A stretch of 64,000 bases of DNA, from NCBI RefSeq assembly GCF_009914755.1, contig NC_060931.1; one strand, 5' to 3'. The position numbers were made by a program, and so were the translations under genes. This DNA is from the human T2T-CHM13v2.0 reference genome, Homo sapiens. The notes below the pieces were generated by a model that was given only the letters and a program-made list of their open reading frames with translations, was not told the origin of the DNA and did no database searches. Below, one piece after another: positions 1-23,720 of the stretch. The stretch's first letter is position 1. Each line of letters opens with the position of its first letter.

Positions 1-28
1 ATTTGTCCTTGCTTAAAACAAAAATTCA

Positions 29-810
<782 letters not shown>

Positions 811-1139
811 CGAGTGACTCACCCACCATGTCTGGCCCACCAATGCAATCTTCCCTCTGCAACAGTAGTTGCTGGGGACCCTTCTAGAAACTGTATGGTG
901 GGCACCTGAAGTCCTCCCTGGTTCGAGTCGGGGGGGGGCAGGGGGGCTGCATGTGATCATGATAGGGATATAAGTTCCTTAAACAGCAAAGAACCAGAAG
1001 GCTTTGTCACTGCCAATGGGCTAGTCCAGAGTAGCTCCGGCCCACCTCTGCCCCTCGCCCTGAATCAGGTCCTCCCTCCAGATATACAGGGAAGACCCTG
1101 CACACTCCCGCCTGTCTATACCCTAACTCCTTCACTCCC

Positions 1140-1420
1140 TTCTCTTACAGCTCAGCCTTCCCTGTCCTTTTTCACATTGCAACTTACCCTGCCACGCCCT
1201 TTCCTGAAATGTTTTTCTCCACTGCTTATCACCTGTTATCACAGGTGTTAGTTCCTTATTGTCTCTGCCCACTGAAGACAGCAAGCTTTTCTTTGAAAGG
1301 GTGTCTGCTGCCTGTTGCCAGGAAAGCACCCAGACAGTAAACGATTGGGCGTTGCTCTGTACCAATAAAACTTTATTTACAAAAACAAGACGTGGGCCAC
1401 ATTTGGCCAGACTGCTCACC
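1140..1420. mobile_element. Old L2 fragment followed by MER58-like hAT DNA transposon fragment
   Basis: L2-like 3' motifs; AATAAAACTTTATTTACAAAAACA...GGGCC..ATTTGGCC resembles recalled MER58. Confidence 0.5.
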
Positions 1421-1508
1421 CCAGCATTACTAGGTATGCTACGAGTTATTTTTTATTCCTAGTCCTATGCTGCACATAGGAGGTACTCAAGTAGTATTTA
1501 CGGTAGGA

Positions 1509-2683
<1,175 letters not shown>

Positions 2684-2806
2684 TCAACGGGGAGAGGGAT
2701 TGGTGTCCCTTTTACAGATAAAGAGACTGAGGCTCTCACTCCCAAACCTACACTTCTCCACTCAGCCGCACCACCCAGACAAAGCAGAAGCGTCTGTTAG
2801 ACATAG

Positions 2807-3174
<368 letters not shown>

Positions 3175-3213
3175 TAAAACATCTTGACCTCTCACAACAA
3201 CTGCATCCCAGAC

Positions 3214-4201
<988 letters not shown>

Positions 4202-4463
4202 TCAGCAAATTTTTGCTTCTAGTTGTGGAGGGCGCTGGGTGGTTAGCTGCCCGGGAAGGATGAGAACTGAGCCAATTCATCTCCAGCTTTTGGAAAACAA
4301 ATCCGCAAGGCTTACCGAGGACTGCAGGCGCCCAGACCCACTTCTGGGGATCCCTCCCAAGGAAACAGGCAGACCTACTTACTGGGATGCTCGCTGCAGC
4401 CAAAATGATCTGCAGATTCCATATGCAATCCCCATCAAAACCCCAGCAGCGCATGCACACTTT

Positions 4464-4466
<3 letters not shown>

Positions 4467-4497
<31 letters not shown>
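4467..4497. repeat. (TG)n microsatellite
   Basis: Direct reading. Confidence 0.95.
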
Positions 4498-4500
<3 letters not shown>

Positions 4501-4536
4501 AAATGAAAAGGTGTCTCTAAAAAGTATACAGAAATG

Positions 4537-5620
<1,084 letters not shown>

Positions 5621-5639
5621 GAAAAGTATGCAGACGTTG

Positions 5640-6600
<961 letters not shown>

Positions 6601-7619
6601 AGCCAAGAAGTGAAAAAGGAAAACAGACAAATTCCTATCAACACCCCCACCTCCCTGCCAGCCCCCAGCGTTCCTGCAGGGAGCTAGGGCCTTGAACCCC
6701 TCACCTCCCGCTGTGGGACCTGGGGGTGGGCGTCTCACACTCTCTGAGCCTAAAATGGCAAGATTCTGTGCCCCGGCCTCGCAGGGACGTCTGGGGCACC
6801 CCCACACTCCGGTGATAGAGCTCGAGGCTGGGGTGGTGGGACAGGGGGCTCACCCTGCACGTCCTTGGCACTGCGGCTGGGCTATCAGACCTGTGGCCAC
6901 CGCCGCCGTTCTGGAACTCCCATCGGCGCAGAAAAGAGGCAGGTGAGAGTCCGAGGCTGCAGTCTCCTCCAAGCTATGCTGGGACCAGAACCAGGACCAA
7001 GACTGCAGTAGCCACCAGCCCAGATCAACCCGCTTCAGCCCTCCCCCACCTGGGGCAGGAGAGCCTGGGGGCTGGCCCCAGGGAGGAGGGAGGCCCACCC
7101 CAACCTCTTCACCCCATCCTGCCCCTCCTACACCTCCAGCCTCCGCTCCAGCGGAAAGCCATCCCTGACTTCCCCACCAGGTGAGCAGATTCCCAAAGAT
7201 CCATCAAGCTGGGCTCCCAGTTACTCCCCACCTGGGATCACAGCACCAGCCGGCAATTCTGGCTTAATTCCAGTCCCTCTCCCATCCTCAAATATGGGCA
7301 GGGACTTTGTCTTGCTCCAATCAGGTACCCAGCCCACAAAATAAGTGTTCGAATTTAAATAAAGGGAATCCCAAAGGCGGCCAAGGAGAGGTCAAGGCCT
7401 CAGGCCAGCCAATGATATGCAAATACGTCCATCTCAGCCTTGCCCCTAGGGCTCCAGACTTTGTCAATTCTCATGCAATCACAAAGGATTTCCCCAGTGA
7501 CTGGTTTCCCCCCTACCGAGACTCCACCTCCCAGGGTGGAAAAAGAGGTAGGGGTGGAGGGCCTTCTAGGAACTGCTCCAGAAAAAGCTAGAAGACATCA
7601 GATGCCTCTTAGCAGAGAC

Positions 7620-12346
<4,727 letters not shown>

Positions 12347-13231
12347 TCACTCTAATGAACCCATTTTATAGATGAAAAAATTGAGGTTTAGAAAGTCATC
12401 ACATGCCCTTTAACTGGAGAAACAACATCCACACCTCAGCTTGGAGGCCATCCTGCCTCTAGATGGAGCAGTGTTCTATCTGGGGATTACCAGGAGCTTC
12501 CAGGGACCCCCAAAATGCTCAGAAATGTGTCAAATGGTTGGTGAAGATGTGGGAAGTCAGGGTTTCCCCCCAGGCTGAGGGTCCACCATTTTGCTTATCC
12601 CCTGAAAAAACCTCACATGCAATGCTGAGTACACTGGTGGCCTGGGAGAGGTGACACTTGAGTGGCTCCCACCTAGTGGCCTAGACTTCCTCCCAAGTCA
12701 CATGCCAGGCCTCTGTGGGCAGCAGAGGTGGTAAGGACCCTGGCCCTGACTGACCACTAACCAGGGCTCCCAGCAGGCCCTGGGGAGGCCCGAGACCTGT
12801 GCTGAGAACAGCTCCAGCCCATCCTGTAAAAAGCTGAGCTGGGATGCCTGAAAAGCCGGGGCAAGGGTCTGGCTGGAGGACAAGGCTACAGTACATGAGA
12901 GGGTGGGAGGAGCTGGGCCAGACCACAGACTGGTTCATGCCGGGGAGCCAAGAGCAGCCCCCGCCAGCCACATCCAAAACAAGAATGCCCAGTCCCCAGC
13001 CTGTCCTCAAATCTGCCCCTCCCCATCCCTCCACAAGTAGTTCGCACCCAAGCCATTGAGTTCTCCTCCCTCCTTCCCTCCTCTCCCCATCCGTCTTACC
13101 TGCCCAACCTCCAAAGGGCCATAACCCTGGACACCTCCAGCCTCCCTCCCTGGTAACCAACACCTCCTAATTACCTCCTGCTTCTCTCCTCGTCTACCAG
13201 ACTGTCTCTGGCTAGCAACCCAGCCTCGTTT

Positions 13232-14740
<1,509 letters not shown>

Positions 14741-15068
14741 ATTACTCCTTCCACTTAAAACCCTCCACTGCCTCCTCATTCCTCAGTTTAAAATTCCAAG
14801 ACCTCATGACTGGCTTTCAGGGACCTGAAGGATCCCACCTCCCCCACATCCCCTCCCACCAGCTCCAGCCATTCTGCCAGCTCAGATACGCCAGGCTCTG
14901 ACTTTTGTGTTCCGTCCACCTTCACCACACTTTTCTGCCCTTTGCATGCAGGAAAAAGGTCACCCCTCCAGATCAGTCGGGTGGGGGTGGGCTGTGCTGA
15001 TACAGCCCCTCACCTCTCAGACCAGACCAGACCTTTACCATTTTGTTTACTGCGTGGTCTGTGTCCCT

Positions 15069-15380
15069 CTTTTTTTTTTTTTTTTTTTTTTTTTGAGATG
15101 GAGTCTGTCTCTGTCGCCCAGGCTGGAGTGCAGTGGCATGATCTTGGCTCACTGCAACCTCCGCCTCCCGTGTTCAAGTGATTCTCCTGCTTCAGCCTCC
15201 CCGAGTAGCTGGGATTACAGGCACCCGCCACCACACCCAGCCAATTTTTTTTATATTTTCAGTAGAGATGCTGTTTCGCCATGTTGGCCAGGCTGGTCTC
15301 GAACTCCTGACCTCAGGTGATCAGCCTGCCTAGGCCTCCCAAAGTGCTAGGATCACAGGCGTGAGCCACCGTGCCCAGCC
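15069..15380 (-). mobile_element. AluS-like
   Basis: Poly-T and reverse Alu consensus. Confidence 0.9.
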
Positions 15381-15525
15381 TGCATAAGACTCCACGGTGT
15401 AGTTTTACATTTTTAAACATCAGATTACAAAACAATATGAGAAGCCCATCTCCAGGTGGTTGTCCAGGGAAAGTTGGCAACTTTCACTGTTGGGAAATTT
15501 TCACTTAAAAATAGGTCGAAGTTAA

Positions 15526-17170
<1,645 letters not shown>

Positions 17171-17179
17171 CATTTCCTT

Positions 17180-17345
17180 CTCGGATTTGTGTGTTCACTC
17201 CCTGAATCCCCGGAAGAACATGAGCTCCAATGAGGGCAGAGACTTCTGTCTGTTGGGTTCACTGCCGCATTCCTGGGACCCGAGCGGTGCCTGGCACGCA
17301 GGAAGCACTTGGAAATTATTTGCTGAGTAAATGAGCAAGTGAGGA
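17180..17345 (+). mobile_element. L2 3' end
   Basis: GAGCTCC..GAGGGCAG.GAC...GTTCACTGC...GTGCCTGGCAC.CAG...TATTTGCTGAGTAAATGA. Confidence 0.75.
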
Positions 17346-20300
17346 AAGAAGGAAAGCGCTGGGGTTGGGAGCTGAAGAACCAAGAGAGCCCCCTCCCCAC
17401 CAAGTGGCCCTTCCAGATTCCAGAACCCTCCCAGGGCCTCCCTTGTCGCCTCTAACCAGAGAAAGAAGCCCCTTGCAAATCGTCCTTATCTCTCCATCAC
17501 TCTGCCAGCGGTCTTCACTGATTAATCTTTCTAAATCAATCCCAGTAGGCTGACAGACTGGATTCCAGAGATGGATCTGATCAGACCCTGGAGAAGGCCC
17601 GTGGCCCCCTGTTGCCAAGCCAGAGTGCTAGCCAAGCCAAGCCCCTCCCTTGTTAGCCAAGCCTCCAGTGTTAGCCAAGCCAGAGTGCAGGGTCTCCCCA
17701 CCCAGAACCCTGGGTCCCACCCTCTATTCATGTACCCCTCCAGGGCCAGCCTAGGGTGTGGGGGCAGGGAGAATAAACATCCAAGTACAAAATCCTACTA
17801 ATAGCTCTTTAATTGCAGCCTGTGAGGACAACTGAGTCCAGGCCTCCCAAGCCCAGAGCACAGAGCCAAGCCCCAGGTGTTTGTCAGTTACATGCCCATC
17901 TCCCAGATCAGGCTGTGAATATTTTGTTCACAATGTAGCAAGGCTCAAGGTAATAGGAAACTTAAAAACCACCCTTCCCTGATCCCAAACCCCATTCATT
18001 CTTAAATTCACCTCCTCTTCTGCAGAGAAAGAGGCCAAACCCCTCCATCTTGACCCAAAAGGCAGAAACCAGCTCTTCCAGAGGACCTTCCACAGCAGAT
18101 GGCTGTCAATACTAGCTTGGATGGGATTCCTCCCCGGGGATCTTTCTCCGAGGGCCCCTCCAGCTCTGAGCTCTCTCCAGGGAACCTCCCTCGGCCTAGG
18201 AGGGGCTTTATAAGCCCTGACAGCGCTCATCCACGTCCGCAGAGCCCAACCTTAATGTGCCTCTCCCTAGCTGGGTGACCCCAAGCAAGTGGCTCAACCG
18301 CTCAGGACTTCCCGGTACAAAAATAAACAAATAAAGATGGGACTGATAACGCTGGCAAGACCTAAGGTGCCGACAGCCAAGGAAGAGAGGGAGGTGCGTC
18401 AGAAGGGAAAATGTAGCACCTGCACCCCACAAAGAAAACGCGGGAGGGGGAGGATGTGCTGGGTTGAGGAATGTGTAATCCGGCCCAGCCCCAAGCAGAG
18501 AGTGAATGGGAGCTGCTCCCACCTCGTGGCTAATGGGATTAGCACGGGCTTGGCTCTGGGCGTTGGCCTGGGGTCCGAGGTCTCCTTGCGGCTACTCGAA
18601 GTGGGGGAGGGGGACAGCCAGAACCAGCACCGGCCCCCACCTTTCCCTCCCGGGTGAGCACGGGGTTCAAGGGGGCGGCAGCTGTCCTCCTGCTGTTTCC
18701 TCCCCGACCTCAGCCTCGGCGTGCAGAAGTCAGGCAGCTCCCAGCGAGCGCAGAAGGTGCGCAGAGGCAGGGCTCCGAGGCTACCTCCCGCTGGGCTTCC
18801 GAGGCTGGTGGCTTGGCCTTCCCTCCACCTCAGCCTCACCATCCAGCAAATGGGCATTAGGCCGTCTGACTGCTGCGTCAGATTAGGCGCGGCCCTGGCA
18901 CTGTGCATGCATGCATGAGTAGTAGCTTGTTTTCACCGCTTCGCATTAGGGCACTTTGCCTTGCCAGGCCGGAGCCAGATCGCAGGCGGGGAGTGCGCGA
19001 CGCCCCTTCCCAGCCTCGAAAAAGCCAAGCGCAGGCCCAGCCAGCCAGAGAGACCCGGGTACCGATTCCCAGGCTTGGGGGGGGCCCCCCTGCCACCACT
19101 CCGGGCTGGACCAAATGACCCAAAAGACACACGCATGCACACACACACACATCACGGTGGACTTGTGGGGAGCGCAAAAGGGGACAGCTCAGATGGTCTC
19201 TGTACCCCAGGGCCGCCCCCCAAGTTCTTCCTCGGGGGTCCCCCGCGCCCCTCCCTCGCCACAACACGCCACTAGAGAACAAACCCTTGCCCCGGTCACA
19301 GACCCCGGGCGGAATACGCCCCCAGCTCCGGAGGGACACAAGCAGGTCCGGGGGCCAAGACCTGGTTCTTGCGCCCCGGCTGGCGGGGATCTCCGAGCTC
19401 CCGGCCCCCGGGCGCGCGCCCCTCCCCCGCCCGGCGCCTCACAAAGGCCCTTTGTCCCGCCGAGCCCCCGGGACTCCAGTTCCTGAAAAGTTCCAGGAGA
19501 AAAATCAAAGAGAGAGCAAAATCGGCGAGCTCCGCCGAGCGGGCGGGGCAAGGCCGAGGTGGCAGCTCCTGAGAGACCCCAAGGAAGAGGGGAGCATCGA
19601 GGGCTACTCTGGAAATTGCAAAAATCCGAAACTGCAATTCGAACAGGAGGTGGATTTTTTTTTTTTTTTAAGTCGAGACTTGGGACGCCAAGCACAAAAG
19701 CCAGGGACAGCCCGGGAAGGAGGGACCAGGTGTCCTGGGGCGGCCGCCGGGCAGGTCTGGAGGTCCCCGAGTCTCCTTCCCACCCCTCTGGCTGCAGCGG
19801 CCGCGGACTGACTGGAGGGAGAGTCTCCCGCCCCGGCGCAGCGCCCGCCCGGGTACCGTCCCCACCGCGCCTGGGCAGCCCGTCTCGGGAAATGGTGGAG
19901 GCCGCGGGACCTTCTCGGCCACCTCCTCCAGCAGCTCGATGTGAGACCCAGGGTTTTCCCCTCCGCCGCCTGGGCCCTGCCCGACCCGCTCTCTTCTTTC
20001 CCCCTAGGTTCGGGACCGCGATGGTCCGGTTTCGGTGTCCCTGCCGCACCTCCGCACCCTCTTTCGCGCTGGAAAACAAGGGGTCCCCGAGGGCCGGGGT
20101 CGCCGCCCTCCTACCGGGGTGCAGGTTCCCAGGGCCGCCGTTCTCCCGGGGAAGAAAGGGGCATCCCGCCCGCCCCGAGGCCAGGGTCCCAAGGCTGGGG
20201 TCACCGTACTCCCGCATCCCCCGGCGTACTCCCGCATCCCCCGGCGCTCGGTAACTGCCAGGGACCCGGCTCGGCGCGAGTGGTGGAGCTGGGAACAGAA

Positions 20301-20731
20301 CCCAGGAGGGCCCACGAGCGCCAAAAGTAGCGTTTGCCAAGAAAAAGATTCGAGCTCGGGGAGCGGGTGTCTCGCGGGGTGCGGGGGCCGGTTTGTTCTT
20401 TTCTCGCCCAGATTTTGAAAACTCCAGCCCAGGCTCGTGCCGCCGGGGCCCCGGGGATTGGAATCGCCCCCGGTGGCTCGGGCTACCACACCGGCTTTCG
20501 GCTCACGAGGGCCAAGCACGCTACGGAAAAGGTAGCCGAGCCGCGCGACACTCTCCACCGCCTTGGCTCCGGGACCAGGAGTTTCCCAGCCCTGGGAGCC
20601 GAGTCTGCCCGCACCCCCGTGGCCGACCGAAGGAGAGTCGCCGAGCCCCGGCCGCGAGTGCACAGGAGGACCCGGCCGAGTGGATCTCCCTGGGAAGACA
20701 GGAGGGGACGGGCACGGCGCGGGGCACTTAC

Positions 20732-20918
20732 CCGGGTGCGGATGGAGATTCAGGCCGGCCATGTACTTCCCGGGCGGCAGCGGGCCGGGCAAGCCCGAGG
20801 CGGGCAAGCGTCCGGCAGTGGCCGCGCCCACGCGGTGGCTGTCCATGGCCAGGCCGGACAGCAGCGGCGGCGGGGGACCGTGCACGGACCGCTGGGGCCC
20901 GAAGTCTCGGCCATCCAT
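20732..20918 (-). CDS. TNRC18: TNRC18 first coding exon (N-terminal 62 aa + 1 nt); rest of gene lies beyond position 1
   Basis: Translation MDGRDFGPQRSVHGPPPPLLSGLAMDSHRVGAATAGRLPASGLPGPLPPGKYMAGLNLHPHP-G matches the recalled human TNRC18 N-terminus; strong Kozak GGAGG-ATG-G; canonical donor CGG|GTAAGT after 20732, exactly where the track ORF 20004..20918 stops resembling the protein. Confidence 0.95.
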
Positions 20919-21161
20919 CCTCCGCGGGAGTGCCGCGATCAGCCCCCCACCCGGCCCGCAGGCCTAGCTCAGTGGGACCTAAAAGTTCGGCCTCGGCGTA
21001 GTCCCAGAGTCCTCGGGCGGCGGGGGCTCCGCGGCGTGCATGGCGGCGGCCAGCGGGGCTTGCGCTCGGCGGCGGGCCCGCGGCCCGGGGCGCACAGGCG
21101 GCCGGCGGTGGGGCCCCTCCGGGCGGCCAGGCGGAGCTGCGCGAGGCGGCGCACACGGCGT
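20919..21161 (-). other. TNRC18: TNRC18 5'UTR part of the first coding exon (acceptor at 21162/21161)
   Basis: Long minus-strand polypyrimidine tract (21165-21235) followed by the first AG (CCAAG|ACGCC); gives a 430-nt exon. Confidence 0.8.
20979..21041 (-). other. uORF MHAAEPPPPEDSGTTPRPNF* (20 aa) in TNRC18 leader
   Basis: GCCGCCGCC-ATG-C context; TAG at 20981-20979; ends 60 nt before the main ATG. Confidence 0.6.
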
Positions 21162-23112
21162 CTTGGCGGGGAGGAGACAGGCCGCGGAAGAAATAGAAAG
21201 GGGGAAAGAAAAAAGGGAAAAAAAAATAAAGTAACAAGTTTCAGAAAGTCGCCTCGCCCTTCAGGATCGGGGGGTGCCGACTGAGTGGCCAGAAATGAAA
21301 TCGGGAGTAGCCCCTTTCCACTGAAAAATGAAATCCAAACTCCTTCCGCCGGCGGCTTCAGGCTCCCGGGACCTGGCTCGGAAAAGTGACCGGCGGCGGT
21401 GGCGCGCTGCGCCCCAGCCCGGACTCTGCCTCGGCGGCTGCCGGGTCCTCCCGAAACCGGGGAGGGCTCCTCGGCTGCGCCCAGACAGCGTAAATACAAA
21501 CCTCCTATTTTATTCCTAGGCGTCAAATGCTCCGGGGTTTAAAACCGTGAAGCCTTGCCACAAACGGTCCGAAGTGTCTCCCAAAACACTCTGGCACTAT
21601 CTGATCCGCAAAGTTTAATATTTAACCTTTTGGAGACCTCGCCTCCCTTTTCCGAGTTTGGTTTTTCCTGAGCTCGCCTTGAACCGCCGACGGAATGGTG
21701 TTTTTCTGGGGGTGGGAGGAGGGAGGGTCCAAAGCGGGTTTATTATTTTTAAAGAGGCTCGTGGTCCCCCCCCTTTCTCCCCCCGGGGGGCACTGTGAGT
21801 CCCAGAGCTCGAGTCCGAGGACCCGAGACGTGGCATTCTCGCCTAAGGACTGGAAAGAATCCTACAAAACAAGCTTTGGTTTCATTTTCCAACGCCCTGG
21901 CCTGAGCTCCTGCAGCCCGAGGACCTGGCCTGGCGTGGGGGATTTGGGGGATGTCAAGAGGGGAAGGAAAGGGATCAAGGGTCTCGCTCCTACTCTAGCT
22001 TCCCCCCCCACAACCACCCCCCAAAATAACCTACAAAGAAAGCCTTTGCAACGCGGGCCTGCCAAGGGGCGCCTCCCCCACCTTTGGGTAAATCCCCCTG
22101 TAGTTCCAGGTTAAAGCTGTTTGTTTAAAAGATTTGTCCTTTGCCGATTCTCGTGAGGATGGGAGGGGGTCTTGGAGCCCACCCTTCCCTCGATCTCTGT
22201 CTGCAGCAGCTCACATTCCTGATTCCGGGAGGCCTGGGCTCTCTTAAGAGAAGCCGATCACGCCAAAGCCACCGGCTCCCGGGTGCCCGCCCGGCGCCCT
22301 GCACTCCGCGCCCAGCCCCCCGAGCAGGAGACCCCCTCGGCTGCAAAACCCCTAGCCAAACCCGCCGGCCTTCCTCTCCAGCCTCCCTCCCCAACTTTGC
22401 TAAGGGTGCCTATTTTAACCCGGTTTTGGTTACAAACACCCCCTCCCTCCCTCTCTCCCATCAGGCTCTGGTTACCAGATTCGCGTTTACTTTGGAAAAA
22501 TCTAAGATCGCCACATCCGAGGATACATGTCTTAAGGAGGCGATGAGCTTCCCGTGATTTTTTTTTGTAAGAGATTCTTTGGGTAGCTTTCTTTAAAAGC
22601 CAGCGCCTCGTAGTATGCCCAGGCGCCCCAGTTTGGGGAAGTCGGGGTGAAGCCCCCTGGAACACCCTCACACTGGCAAAGAAGCTGCCTCGGCTATCTG
22701 CGGGCTCCGCTGCGTTCTCCTTACTTTTCTCCCCCTCTTAAATGGAGTTAAAATGGCTGAATTCCGGCTTTTAATTAAAAACAGCCTATAATCGAAAACG
22801 TCTCGGCGTCCCGGGCTCCCCCGCCGCCTGCTGGGAACCGAGAGAGGAACCGCCGCCCCTCGGCCGGGCCAGGAGGGCCGGAGCGGGGCTGGGGGCTCGC
22901 GTGGGTGCCCGGGGCCCAGCAGCCCACCCCCACCCCTCCCGGGGCGCCCCCTCCCCGCCGGCCCTGGTCCCCGATTCTGCAATCCGGAGCCAGACAGTAG
23001 CGGGGATCCCCCCCCGCGCACCCCGAGGGGCAGGCGTGGTTGGGGGGCGAGCTGGAGAAGTTTGGAGACCATCGCGCCCGGCCGGGGGCCGGCAGGCTGA
23101 CCGGCGGCGTAC

Positions 23113-23504
23113 CTGGCGCGGCTGGGTTCACGGCTCCAGGCTCCGGCGACAACGACTCCGGCGGCGGCCCCGGCTCCCGGCGCAGCTAGGCGCCCCTGCT
23201 GCCCGCCATCCCGCGGCCGCCGCTCCCCTCCGCCACCCGCAGCCGCCTCACACTTTTTGCCCGCCTTTCCTTTTTTTGGTAGAAAACCGCTCCCCGGGCC
23301 GAGCGCTCGGCGCGCCAACTCCTCCGCCCTCCCGCGGCCCGGCTCCCGCAGCCCCCGGAAAAGCCAGCTTTCCTCCCGCCGAGCTCCCCGCTTTTTAATA
23401 AAATCCAGGTAGCGCCGGTTTAAAGAATCCCAAATCTCCATATACAGCCCGGGATTGGAAAAGGTACATTACACAACCCCCCTTTCAAGTTCCTCTCGCA
23501 GGAT
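23113..23504 (-). other. TNRC18: TNRC18 upstream non-coding exon (exon 1); 5' boundary approximate
   Basis: Donor CAG|GTACGC at 23113/23112; GC-rich, immediately downstream of a CCAAT/G-tract promoter; T17-AG acceptor-like boundary at 23505/23504. Confidence 0.7.
23186..23209 (-). other. uORF MAGSRGA* in TNRC18 exon 1
   Basis: GCGGG-ATG-G strong context; TAG at 23188-23186. Confidence 0.5.
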
Positions 23505-23720
23505 CTAAAAAAAAAAAAAAAAAGGCAGCGGAGGGGGGTGGTTGGAGGGGGTTGGGGGAGGGGGAGCCCTCTCCGGCAAAGAAACACGCATTGTTCCCGG
23601 GTGCCCGCCCCCCCCCCCAGCCCGGCCCCCGGCCGCCGCGCATTGGCCGCGCGCGCCGCCAATCACGCGCATGTAAACACCTTGGCCCACAGCCATTCCT
23701 ATAAAACCAATTACGGACCT
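23505..23720. promoter_or_regulatory. TNRC18 core promoter region, probably bidirectional
   Basis: ATTGG 23642-46, CCAAT 23659-63 and 23707-11, forkhead TGTAAACA 23672-79, four G5-6 runs 23533-64, plus-strand TATAAAA 23700-06. Confidence 0.6.

Noticed and set aside
815-860. Minus-strand donor TGG|GTGAGT at 823 / AP-1 TGACTCA at a truncated Alu
   Set aside because: No convincing acceptor or other support; plausible by chance
20004-20731. Continuation of the 304-aa track ORF past the TNRC18 donor
   Set aside because: Intron read-through after GTAAGT; low-complexity GC-rich translation
19189-21284. Long overlapping ORFs (383, 231, 316, 202 aa) on both strands
   Set aside because: Stop-poor CpG island sequence; mostly non-ATG starts, no recognisable domain
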